Source: a virus. Taken from it: DNA of 64,000 nt. The position numbers were made by a program, and so were the translations under genes. The stretch is taken from positions 1-64,000 of IMG/VR virus record IMGVR_UViG_3300010885_037407. The stretch is one strand, 5' to 3'. The first letter of the stretch is position 1, and each line of letters opens with the position of its first letter. Under the pieces are notes generated by a model. It did not search any database, was not told the origin of the DNA, and worked only from the letters and a program-made list of their open reading frames with translations. Shown piece after piece: positions 1 to 7,579 of this stretch.

Positions 1-401
1 ATGTTTTCACTCTCCCAAGTTGAATATCCTTCCTTACCCTCACATGGTTCAAACCAATGTCTATCTTTTGCATAATCCATATGCTCTAGGTCGTAATAGT
101 TGTACTGGAGTTTTTGCATTAAGCTTATACATAGATTCATTCTTTGAGCATCGTACTGAGCTCTTGTGTGTCTGTCGTTGCTTCCAATGTATTTGGATTG
201 AGCTTTTAGTTTGTGTTGTAGGATGTCAAAAATGTAACCATGATCCCAGTTTCTATCTTTCCAGATAATTGGAAACCAATAGATAATATTTTTTATTCCG
301 TGTTTAAGGAACTTGTGGTAATATTTTCCATCAAATTTCCACCATAGAGATATTTTATCCCAAAGGTTTAGTTTTGGTCTGTCTTCAAAAAAATCTTTCA
401 T
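1..401 (-). CDS. Conserved phage hypothetical protein, 3' end truncated by window edge
   Basis: Read manually: ATG at 401, MKDFFEDRPKLNLWDKISLWWKF...WKDRNWDHGYIFDILQHKL..., open to the window edge. Absent from the ORF track because it has no stop in the window. Confidence 0.75.
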   Translation of the reverse strand, partial: MKDFFEDRPKLNLWDKISLWWKFDGKYYHKFLKHGIKNIIYWFPIIWKDRNWDHGYIFDILQHKLKAQSKYIGSNDRHTRAQYDAQRMNLCISLMQKLQYNYYDLEHMDYAKDRHWFEPCEGKEGYSTWESEN

Positions 402-520
402 TAGTATTCGTCTTTAATATATTTGTAAATCATATAACCTCCTGCTACTATTATAATAACTACCCCTAAGGTAGTTGCTGTCATTAGCGTTACTGCTAAA
501 AAATCTAAATATGTTTCCAT
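401..520 (-). CDS. Small membrane peptide (39 aa)
   Basis: METYLDFLAVTLMTATTLGVVIIIVAGGYMIYKYIKDEY; one hydrophobic helix; TAATG overlap with the next gene. Confidence 0.6.
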   Translation of the reverse strand: METYLDFLAVTLMTATTLGVVIIIVAGGYMIYKYIKDEY

Positions 521-531
521 CTTATTTCTTT

Positions 532-717
532 TTAAATTTTTGGTTCACCACAATCTGAACAAGTCTTTACAATAATAAAGTAACCACCTTCATTGTATAA
601 CTTACAATATTCTTCTGGATTTTCTGGTTTAACGTATTTGGTTGGTCTTAAATAAGTTCTTCCAACTGGTTTTTCTATATGACAAAAATCACATTCATCA
701 AATTCTACTTCTCCCAT
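532..717 (-). CDS. Small Zn-finger protein
   Basis: CDFC...CSDC pair. Confidence 0.65.
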   Translation of the reverse strand: MGEVEFDECDFCHIEKPVGRTYLRPTKYVKPENPEEYCKLYNEGGYFIIVKTCSDCGEPKI

Positions 718-722
718 AACTT

Positions 723-1028
723 TTATTTGTTTAGGTTCCCTCTATTAAAATGCACTTCCTTTTCCATTTGTTCATAATATGCATTTACTTCTAATACACC
801 TTTATACCATTCACTGAATTTTTCAATAGATTGTTTCAAAGATCTCTTACCTATAACAAGTTCTTCATAATGGAAAGGAGATGCAGTTTCGCCATCAGCA
901 TGACAAAGCCCACTTCTTATAGAACAAAATGATTCTCCTTGAGTTATCTCAAACCAATCTCTCATTGTTACTCTACCTTCTGCTAACTTGAATTCTGGAC
1001 GCAATTTTAAAATTTGTGATTTAGTCAT
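723..1028 (-). CDS. Hypothetical protein
   Basis: ORF track 723..1046; ATG at 1028 (MTKSQIL) preferred because it follows the upstream stop at 1030. Confidence 0.65.
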   Translation of the reverse strand: MTKSQILKLRPEFKLAEGRVTMRDWFEITQGESFCSIRSGLCHADGETASPFHYEELVIGKRSLKQSIEKFSEWYKGVLEVNAYYEQMEKEVHFNRGNLNK

Positions 1029-1029
1029 A

Positions 1030-1167
1030 TTACTCAGGAATTTCAATTAATAAATAAGGAACATTGTCTATTGCTTTAATAGTACCAGTGGCAACTAAAG
1101 CATTAACCTTTTCAACATTTTTTTCAGCCATTAAAGCTAATGTGCATTCCATGTAAATTAGTTTCAT
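1030..1167 (-). CDS. Small hypothetical protein (45 aa)
   Basis: MKLIYMECTLALMAEKNVEKVNALVATGTIKAIDNVPYLLIEIPE; fills the gap with an ATGA overlap. Confidence 0.5.
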   Translation of the reverse strand: MKLIYMECTLALMAEKNVEKVNALVATGTIKAIDNVPYLLIEIPE

Positions 1168-1271
1168 TTTTTAAATAATTTTTTAAGATCTTCTACAATC
1201 ATTACTACTACTACCATGAAGCCTCCTAATACAAAGCCAGCTCCAATAATTCCTAAAAATAAATTTATCAT
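1164..1271 (-). CDS. Small membrane peptide (35 aa)
   Basis: MINLFLGIIGAGFVLGGFMVVVVMIVEDLKKLFKK, downstream of the promoter at 1294-1325. Confidence 0.5.
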   Translation of the reverse strand: MINLFLGIIGAGFVLGGFMVVVVMIVEDLKKLFKK

Positions 1272-1293
1272 ATCTTTTATTAATTTCTATATA

Positions 1294-1325
1294 TAAAGAT
1301 AAGAATAACTATTCAAAGATCCTAA
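1294..1325 (-). promoter_or_regulatory. Bacteroidota-type sigma70 (-33/-7) promoter
   Basis: Minus strand TTAG-N20-TATCTTTA. Confidence 0.55.
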
Positions 1326-1342
1326 TCTTTTGCAAAGTATTT

Positions 1343-1606
1343 TTATGATTTACCCCATGGGCCTGAGTATGGAATAGTAATCCTTCTGTCGTTTTGAGTT
1401 GACAAATATTCAGCAATATCATTAATAGCTCTAGCAGCTTTGTTGTTATGCTTAAATAAATCATTGATATCAGTATTTTGAGTATACTGTTCAATTGATA
1501 GCTGTTCAAGTTCGTTTTGAATTTTTTTAATGTGAATAATAGCAGATGCTAGAAATGCTATTGTTACTACAAGCAGTATAGATAATACGACAATAGATAT
1601 GATCAT
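1343..1606 (-). CDS. Membrane-anchored coiled-coil protein
   Basis: N-terminal TM helix followed by a heptad-like segment. Confidence 0.7.
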   Translation of the reverse strand: MIISIVVLSILLVVTIAFLASAIIHIKKIQNELEQLSIEQYTQNTDINDLFKHNNKAARAINDIAEYLSTQNDRRITIPYSGPWGKS

Positions 1607-1628
1607 AAATTCCTTTTTATTTATTACA

Positions 1629-1660
1629 TAAAAATAAGGAATTCATTTGAATGAACCAAA
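1629..1660 (-). promoter_or_regulatory. Bacteroidota-type sigma70 (-33/-7) promoter
   Basis: TTTG-N20-TATTTTTA. Confidence 0.65.
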
Positions 1661-1675
1661 TAAATTTAATTGAAA

Positions 1676-1825
1676 TTATCTACCTTGACCTCGGTAAGCT
1701 TTTTTGTAATTCTTTCCAGATTTGCTAACAGAGTTTTTCTTTTTAGAATGAACCCCTGGTCTTTTTCTTTTGTTGGAATTTACTTTAGCTGAGGATGATG
1801 TCGTAGATTTTGCTTTTGCTGCCAT
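1676..1825 (-). CDS. Small highly basic protein (49 aa) ending YKKAYRGQGR
   Basis: Read manually: MAAKAKSTTSSSAKVNSNKRKRPGVHSKKKNSVSKSGKNYKKAYRGQGR; below the ORF-track cutoff. Confidence 0.8.
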   Translation of the reverse strand: MAAKAKSTTSSSAKVNSNKRKRPGVHSKKKNSVSKSGKNYKKAYRGQGR

Positions 1826-1827
1826 TG

Positions 1828-2115
1828 TTATGCGTAGATTGCTAATTCACTTGATTGTAAAACTTTACTATATGTTCCAAGTACATCTTGGTTAGGCATA
1901 ACTGCAATCCAATCATCTCCACGATCTTTTACAATGGCTCCTATTTGCATAGCAGTGATTTTCCATTTTTCTACATCATCAATATGTTGCATTCTTAATT
2001 GACCTGCAGGTCTTCTACCCACAGCATCTTGATAATATAAAGACTCACTGCCATCTTCTTTGATAGCTTTGCGAACCTCTTCTCTAATTAGTTTTCTGAA
2101 CTCAGATACTTTCAT
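1828..2115 (-). CDS. Putative head-internal protein with capsid-targeting-like N-terminal leader
   Basis: MKVSEFRKLIREEVRKAIKE leader, near-identical to that of 56153..56641. Confidence 0.65.
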   Translation of the reverse strand: MKVSEFRKLIREEVRKAIKEDGSESLYYQDAVGRRPAGQLRMQHIDDVEKWKITAMQIGAIVKDRGDDWIAVMPNQDVLGTYSKVLQSSELAIYA

Positions 2116-2402
2116 TAGAAATTGTATTTTTGTCTTTGTTGTTTGATCATACCCATATACATAGTTATTTGGGTTCTGTCAAGGCCTAATGCCATGATGA
2201 TATCATTTAATATTGAAGCAATAGCTGTTTTATTAAGATTTGGCGTTTTTGCAATTACCGTAACTAAACTATCAACTTGCTTTCGCACAGTAGCACTATA
2301 TTTTATTTGTTCTAAATCATATACTTCATTTACTGCAGTTTTATTTGCCAATTCGTTAGCAATTTCTTCTTTGATAATTTGAATTATTTCTTCTTTTTTC
2401 AT
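2115..2402 (-). CDS. Putative head-internal protein with related leader
   Basis: MKKEEIIQIIKEEIANEL...VNE. Confidence 0.6.
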   Translation of the reverse strand: MKKEEIIQIIKEEIANELANKTAVNEVYDLEQIKYSATVRKQVDSLVTVIAKTPNLNKTAIASILNDIIMALGLDRTQITMYMGMIKQQRQKYNF

Positions 2403-2443
2403 AATGTTGTATACTATCTGTGCGAAAGTGAGTTGTTTAGTTA
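2261..2443. repeat. Long-range imperfect inverted repeat (arms 2261-2293 and 2414-2443)
   Basis: taactaaa-ctat-caact-tg-ctttcgcacag-tag pairs with cta-t-ctgtgcgaaag-tg-agttg-tttagtta; 27 Watson-Crick pairs. Confidence 0.75.
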
Positions 2444-2641
2444 TTAAATTGTACCGGTTTTGGTTTGCTCTACCGATGCTTTTTTATAATCTGTTACTTG
2501 TTTTTTGATTTCCTGTATTGCTTTTCTAGCTCTTGCTGCAGCGGCTTTGTTACCTTTATCTGCATAGATTTGATGGTTTTCTGTGAAATCTGTCCAAAGG
2601 GCATCTAAATCTGACTTAATGTCGAAAACTGACTTACTCAT
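2444..2641 (-). CDS. Histone H1-like Hc1 family nucleoid protein
   Basis: KGNKAAAARARKA...I.K...DYKKAS signature typical of Hc1-like proteins. Confidence 0.75.
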   Translation of the reverse strand: MSKSVFDIKSDLDALWTDFTENHQIYADKGNKAAAARARKAIQEIKKQVTDYKKASVEQTKTGTI

Positions 2642-2662
2642 AAATTTTTGTTTTTATTATTA

Positions 2663-2920
2663 TTATTGATTAATTTGTTCAACTGTATATTGAAGATAAA
2701 AAATACTTTCCAATGCTTCATAGTCCATTACATTTGATTGAGCGAATGCTTCTTCGCCATCAAAGTATATAAATCCATTTCCCATTTCATCTATGTAAAA
2801 ATCAATAACTTCTACTCCTAATTGATCACCACGAATTATATCTGTTACTAATAAATAACCGCCTTCATTGGCATATAAATCATTACCGCCTTCATAGATG
2901 TCGTATGTTCCTGCTTCCAT
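2663..2920 (-). CDS. Acidic hypothetical protein
   Basis: ORF preceded by the ATATTTAT motif. Confidence 0.65.
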   Translation of the reverse strand: MEAGTYDIYEGGNDLYANEGGYLLVTDIIRGDQLGVEVIDFYIDEMGNGFIYFDGEEAFAQSNVMDYEALESIFYLQYTVEQINQ

Positions 2921-2938
2921 ATTCCAATTAATTTATAT

Positions 2939-2947
2939 ATAAATATC
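2939..2947 (-). promoter_or_regulatory. Candidate phage late-promoter motif GATATTTAT (one of about 9 copies)
   Basis: Also at 5049, 6004, 25424, 28886, 47242, 48869, 57060 and a variant at 51539; always intergenic and upstream of a minus-strand gene. Confidence 0.55.
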
Positions 2948-2953
2948 AGAAAA

Positions 2954-3526
2954 TTAAATTTTCGCGAAAATTTCTATAGCATCTGATAATTTATATATTC
3001 TGTTTGAGGCTAAACAATCTTGATTATAAGGTCTATCAAATAAGATATATTCTTTTTCATCTCTTCCTGCTGCAACCCATTTGTCATAATTTTTAGGCGA
3101 ATCATCAATTAAGAAATCAATGTCCACTTTGTGTTTGTAATTAGATACATACGTTTCAAGGAAATTGAAATAGTGTTTACCTAACCAATATAAAGTATGG
3201 CATGCATTATAAGGCATTTGTGCTGTTACACATAACCATTGAAATCCAGGTCGCTGAGTTCTTCCCCATTCCTTAAGAAGTTTAAATTCTTCTTTGACTC
3301 CAGGCATAAGGTCAGCTTCTCTATAGATCTCTTCACAATGAGTGTCTCTCCATATTTTTGATAGTTCTTCTATTGGTACATCTACATTAGGAAAATCCCA
3401 GCCATGAGTTGTTTCAGATAAAATTTTGTCTGGATAAAGCCGTTTGATAATTTCCATTGCTTTAGTATCAAAATCTCTTAATACTCCATCTACATCTATT
3501 CCTACACGTAACTTTCTTTTTGCCAT
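2954..3526 (-). CDS. HAD-family 5'(3')-deoxyribonucleotidase (NT5C-like)
   Basis: IDVDGVL motif I, LIDDSPKN motif, DRPYN. Confidence 0.85.
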   Translation of the reverse strand: MAKRKLRVGIDVDGVLRDFDTKAMEIIKRLYPDKILSETTHGWDFPNVDVPIEELSKIWRDTHCEEIYREADLMPGVKEEFKLLKEWGRTQRPGFQWLCVTAQMPYNACHTLYWLGKHYFNFLETYVSNYKHKVDIDFLIDDSPKNYDKWVAAGRDEKEYILFDRPYNQDCLASNRIYKLSDAIEIFAKI

Positions 3527-3531
3527 AACTT

Positions 3532-3612
3532 TTATTTTTTAGAATTACCAATAGTGTGAACAAAGACCATGATTAGGCCAACTGTAACAAGTGTCATTAT
3601 TGCTGCGTCCAT
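3532..3612 (-). CDS. Tiny hydrophobic peptide (26 aa)
   Basis: MDAAIMTLVTVGLIMVFVHTIGNSKK fills the gap. Confidence 0.4.
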   Translation of the reverse strand: MDAAIMTLVTVGLIMVFVHTIGNSKK

Positions 3613-3626
3613 AACTTATTTATTAA

Positions 3627-3887
3627 TTAATTAACTTCTTTTTTCTCTAAACCAATTTTTACTTTACGAGGTCTACCTCGCTTTCTTTTAGGTGGGTTAT
3701 TAACCAATTCTATTTTTTGTTGCAATATAGAACATTTTTCATATTCTTCTTGTTCCTCAAAGTACATCATAGCTTGTGTAAGCAATTCTACTTGTTGACA
3801 TTGAGTTAATTCATAAGGCCAATCAACATTGTCTGCAGCTAACAGCTCAAAGCCTTCAACCATCACATTGTTAAAATAATTTTTCAT
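3627..3887 (-). CDS. UVR-like helical hairpin plus AT-hook protein
   Basis: AMMYFEEQEEYEKCSILQQKI (UvrB/C-like) and KRKRGRPRK (AT-hook). Confidence 0.6.
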   Translation of the reverse strand: MKNYFNNVMVEGFELLAADNVDWPYELTQCQQVELLTQAMMYFEEQEEYEKCSILQQKIELVNNPPKRKRGRPRKVKIGLEKKEVN

Positions 3888-3891
3888 AATA

Positions 3892-3923
3892 TAAAGATAA
3901 TAAATTCATTTGGTATTACCAAA
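3892..3923 (-). promoter_or_regulatory. Bacteroidota-type sigma70 (-33/-7) promoter
   Basis: TTTG-N20-TATCTTTA. Confidence 0.7.
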
Positions 3924-3925
3924 AC

Positions 3926-5032
3926 TTATTTCGTTTCTCCGACAAATACTTTTATCTTTGCTTTATACCCTTTTGGTAATCTATTTACATAGCCTTTGAA
4001 TTCTGATTGATCAGTATCCCATCTCATATGTAACTCTAAATCATTTAAGTTGTACATAATCTGCGAAGTGGTTTCCATATCATGCTTATTCTTTCTTCTA
4101 TATGGATTAAGAAAATTATCATCTACATGTTGATCAGCTAAGGTTGTTAATACTTCATTAGCATCTTTAACATTTGCTAATGCAGCTTTAGATATCTCCA
4201 TTCTAGATTCAGACGATTTTCTTTTTATGCCACTAGTATAACCTGTCTCTGGATGTTCAATACCATGATTGGTTCTTACTAAAATATCTTTGTTTTCTAT
4301 TTGATTTATAATAGGTAAATGTTTAGATGTCATTTCAATGATGAAAGAATATTTAGGAGTTGCTATAATAGTTTGACCCTTTACTCCTACATCATTTTTA
4401 TCATCTCCTACAAAATTAATAACAGATCTCATTGCTTCTGAAAGTTTCTTTTTAGACAATGCTGTTCTAATTTTTAAACCGTCTGCTGATATTTTAGGAG
4501 CTTTACCTTTATCTAATTCTCCTCGCGCTAGGTCACCTGCCTTTTCATCAAAGTCGACCATCAATGATGCATTGACAATTCCAATACCGAATTCATTTAA
4601 TCCTTCAGACCAATCTGTTAATGTATCATGTAAATAAGCTACTTCAACACCATTGATAAGTTCATGAATAATTTCAATATCAGCTTTGTAACCTCTGTCT
4701 CTGTTTTTAGCTAGAATAGTTTTGCCTCCTACTTCTAATCTAGCTACTACACATTCAGTAACTGAACCTGTTGGTCCAGGAGGAATGTTTGTATGTGTAA
4801 ATATCTTAATTAATTGTTTTGCTGATTTAGTTAGAAAATCTCCCGGTGTAAATGTAGCTCCTTGGTTATTTACTTTGTAAGTAATATTACCTTTGTCATC
4901 AATGCTAACTACATCGCCTGTTGATTTATAATGTACACAAGATTTATTTATGTTACGAACCTTGTCTCCTGGCATAATACCGTAAGGTTTAGATACATTA
5001 AGTAAATCAGTCTCTAACTTAAGTCTTTTCAT
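3926..5032 (-). CDS. Cys-nucleophile Ntn-hydrolase (C45/choloylglycine hydrolase-like) with N-terminal SH3/KOW-like pro-domain
   Basis: TE|CVVA...LAKNRDR, SEGLNEFGI, RTNHG, S..R and T.S motifs. Confidence 0.75.
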   Translation of the reverse strand: MKRLKLETDLLNVSKPYGIMPGDKVRNINKSCVHYKSTGDVVSIDDKGNITYKVNNQGATFTPGDFLTKSAKQLIKIFTHTNIPPGPTGSVTECVVARLEVGGKTILAKNRDRGYKADIEIIHELINGVEVAYLHDTLTDWSEGLNEFGIGIVNASLMVDFDEKAGDLARGELDKGKAPKISADGLKIRTALSKKKLSEAMRSVINFVGDDKNDVGVKGQTIIATPKYSFIIEMTSKHLPIINQIENKDILVRTNHGIEHPETGYTSGIKRKSSESRMEISKAALANVKDANEVLTTLADQHVDDNFLNPYRRKNKHDMETTSQIMYNLNDLELHMRWDTDQSEFKGYVNRLPKGYKAKIKVFVGETK

Positions 5033-5095
5033 TTGTCTTTAATTTATAATAAATATCTAATAATAATATAAGCACCTTAACTTAGTTAGATTTTA

Positions 5096-5890
5096 TTACA
5101 ATGTATTGCCACAAGTAGGACAATATTTCCAAGATGACTTTCTGATTCTCACCCCACATTCGCCGCAGTAGGCTCGTATATCGCCTATATTAACGACTTT
5201 CAAAGACTCCGGCAATAATTGATATACAAACGTTTCTGTTGTATAATCATTGAATTTTCCGGCTGCCTTTTGTAGCTTTTGTTTAGACTTTCCTCCCTCT
5301 GCAACTCTGCCTGTTTCCACAGTGTCAATAGCCGTTTTAATATTAGGTCCTGCAAAGGTACTAACACCTGCATTATTAAATAAAGCATTGCCGCTTGATA
5401 CGTTAGAAGTAGCCGTTGAACATATTCCTTGACCATTGTTTGTAGTGTAAGTTACATTTCCAATATATGGAGTTCCTAATGTTAAAGTACTAGGATATGT
5501 TGTTACTGTGCTTGTTCCATTTCCAAATAACAATCCATTGAATTGTTCTCTGTAAAATGATATTGACACTACTCCATTGGTAACTCTAGCTTTTTTAGTT
5601 TCCTTAACATCATCTACTTCAAATATATTGAATTGGAATTTCTCAGGAGACTCTAAAAATCTTTCAAGGTAAACTCTTTCTCCTGCTGCAATGATAATAC
5701 CAGTCGCCATTTGTTTTCCATTCAATGAAATTTTAGCTAGTACTTTCTGGCTTGTAGGATTGAACAATTCAATCTCGAATTTAGATTTGTCTTTTAAATA
5801 ATGATTTTTTTCTTCGTAAAGTTTAAGTCTGTTTTTCTTTACGGTAATGTAAGCTTCAGGTCGAAGCGTGGTAAGGTTTGTTGTGTACAT
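5096..5890 (-). CDS. Conserved phage protein with beta-rich N-terminal domain, T/N/G-rich linker and C-terminal zinc ribbon
   Basis: EIELFNPT...ERFL; YCGECG...YCPTCG. Confidence 0.8.
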   Translation of the reverse strand: MYTTNLTTLRPEAYITVKKNRLKLYEEKNHYLKDKSKFEIELFNPTSQKVLAKISLNGKQMATGIIIAAGERVYLERFLESPEKFQFNIFEVDDVKETKKARVTNGVVSISFYREQFNGLLFGNGTSTVTTYPSTLTLGTPYIGNVTYTTNNGQGICSTATSNVSSGNALFNNAGVSTFAGPNIKTAIDTVETGRVAEGGKSKQKLQKAAGKFNDYTTETFVYQLLPESLKVVNIGDIRAYCGECGVRIRKSSWKYCPTCGNTL

Positions 5891-5922
5891 AATTTCCTTT
5901 TTGATAAATTAATAATTTAGTA

Positions 5923-5980
5923 ATGCTAATCTTTTTAGAGCCAATGACTCCTCGAAGGTATCTCTACCCAAGACTAACAT
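5923..5980 (-). promoter_or_regulatory. Structured 5' leader RNA
   Basis: P1 AUGUUAGUCUU/AAGAUUAGCAU (11 bp, two G-U pairs, favouring the minus strand), P2 UAGAG/CUCUA, inner CCU-UCG-AGG hairpin. Confidence 0.6.
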
Positions 5981-6012
5981 AAGTTAAGGTGGTGCTTATA
6001 GTAATAAATATG

Positions 6013-6486
6013 TTATTGGTCTAATTCTCCAAACATTTCAGCATCAATAACTTTCCAATCATCTTCAAATTCTGATTCGAATTGATCTTCAAATTCTGAA
6101 TAATCAATTCCATAATTAGTTTGAAGTCTTTCTTTTAAATATTCAGATGCTCTGTGATGTCCATCCATATCTAATAAAGTGATTGCAAACAAGTCTGCTT
6201 CTTTTTCTGATTGCTCATCTGTACCTGCTTCATGTTGCAATAATGAATGTGCAATTTCATGAGCCTCAAGAGCTAGTATTTGATCTCGATCAATATTATT
6301 ATCAATAATTGACTCTCCATCAATAAATATATTTGTTGTTCCTACCCATAGTGCTCCTACAGACTTAATAGAATCCAAAGATTCCTTTATATCTTTATAC
6401 CCAGGATTCTCTTTGTAAACTATGTGTACTGTATAATCTGAATTGATTATTGATTGATAAATTTTAATAGTGTTATCTTCTGTCAT
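6013..6486 (-). CDS. HEXXH zinc metallopeptidase (ImmA/IrrE-like)
   Basis: AHEIAHSLL...EKEADLFA. Confidence 0.75.
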   Translation of the reverse strand: MTEDNTIKIYQSIINSDYTVHIVYKENPGYKDIKESLDSIKSVGALWVGTTNIFIDGESIIDNNIDRDQILALEAHEIAHSLLQHEAGTDEQSEKEADLFAITLLDMDGHHRASEYLKERLQTNYGIDYSEFEDQFESEFEDDWKVIDAEMFGELDQ

Positions 6487-6722
6487 GATTTTACTTTTAA
6501 AGGTTGTATTTCAGTTAGAAATTGTTCTACTGTTAATGTTTGATTTCGGTCTGTCTTAATTCTTACGTCTTTTAATAACTCAGGACTTCTGTCTACCATA
6601 GTCATTAAAGCAACTAATCCTTGTCCCGCGTAAAACGTATTAAATGATGATTCGCCTAATAAGTTCGAATCGTAATCACAGTCTTGCTCTGTGTCGCCTG
6701 GGAGTAATATAAAATATTGCAT
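6483..6722 (-). CDS. Hypothetical protein
   Basis: ORF with overlapping start and stop codons on both sides. Confidence 0.7.
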   Translation of the reverse strand: MQYFILLPGDTEQDCDYDSNLLGESSFNTFYAGQGLVALMTMVDRSPELLKDVRIKTDRNQTLTVEQFLTEIQPLKVKS

Positions 6723-7579
6723 TACTCTTCAGATACTGCTCTCCCTATTTGTTTTGTCCAGTCAAAATCAGTTCGAACATCATTATTTTTATATGCAGTG
6801 CCGGAAAGCACAATAGGATCTACTCCAATCGCTTTTGCCAAATAAGTTAAAGCAGCTACATCTTTAGGAAAGCAATGACCTCCATATCCAAAATCTCCAT
6901 CCGGGCCGGGTACTGACCAATGTGATTGTCCTAATCGCTCATCATATCTAGCATATTCAATTACTTTGTCATAATCAATATCCAATGCCTTTGAAATTTG
7001 ATACATTTCATTTGCAAATGAAACTTTAGTTGCTAGAAATGTATTAGTAACATATTTAACCATTTCTGCAATAGTTGAAGATGTTTTGATAATAGGCACT
7101 TTAGGAAAAGCTTTTGCAAATATTTGTTTGATTTGAGAAGTGTGTGGTCTTTCACCTCCTACAATAATTCTATTTTGATTTTTATAATCGTCATTGGCAT
7201 TTGCTTCTGTTAAGAATTCTGGATTGAATACTACATCTACATTGTAACTATATAATTCATTTAAGGTTTCAGTTGTTCCAGGCGGAACTGTAGATTTAAG
7301 TACTACAGTTACATGTTTTTTCAAGTCTCTGCATACAGATGATATTTCTTTCATTGCATTGTGTACTATAGATAAGTCACATGCTCCTGATTTGTACATT
7401 GGTGTAGGTACACACAAAAATACTATTTCAGTTTTATTAATTACATCATATAAAGATTTTTCTGTACATGATTTATTTGGATCTTTGTCATATGTTATCA
7501 TATCATAACAATGAGACATCCCTTCAGTGACAGCAGTTCCTACAAACCCTTGTCCTATAACTCCTAATTTGCTTTTCAT
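6722..7579 (-). CDS. ugd: UDP-glucose/GDP-mannose 6-dehydrogenase family, lacking the C-terminal domain
   Basis: GQGFVG, VPTP, KSTVPPG, FNPEFL, KY..N.FLA, GYGGHCFPKD. Confidence 0.85.
   Translation of the reverse strand: MKSKLGVIGQGFVGTAVTEGMSHCYDMITYDKDPNKSCTEKSLYDVINKTEIVFLCVPTPMYKSGACDLSIVHNAMKEISSVCRDLKKHVTVVLKSTVPPGTTETLNELYSYNVDVVFNPEFLTEANANDDYKNQNRIIVGGERPHTSQIKQIFAKAFPKVPIIKTSSTIAEMVKYVTNTFLATKVSFANEMYQISKALDIDYDKVIEYARYDERLGQSHWSVPGPDGDFGYGGHCFPKDVAALTYLAKAIGVDPIVLSGTAYKNNDVRTDFDWTKQIGRAVSEE

Larger units (their letters stand above)
5067..6000. repeat. Inverted repeat enclosing gene 5096..5890 (arms 5067-5089 and 5974-6000)
   Basis: tataagcacc-ttaactta-gttag versus the reverse complement tataagcacc(acc)ttaactta(t)gttag; 23 pairs with 3-nt and 1-nt bulges. 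Confidence 0.85.

Noticed and set aside
5067-6000. IS element interpretation of the inverted repeats
   Set aside because: The enclosed genes show no transposase or recombinase motifs, the arms differ between loci and contain bulges more typical of RNA stems; kept only as an alternative hypothesis
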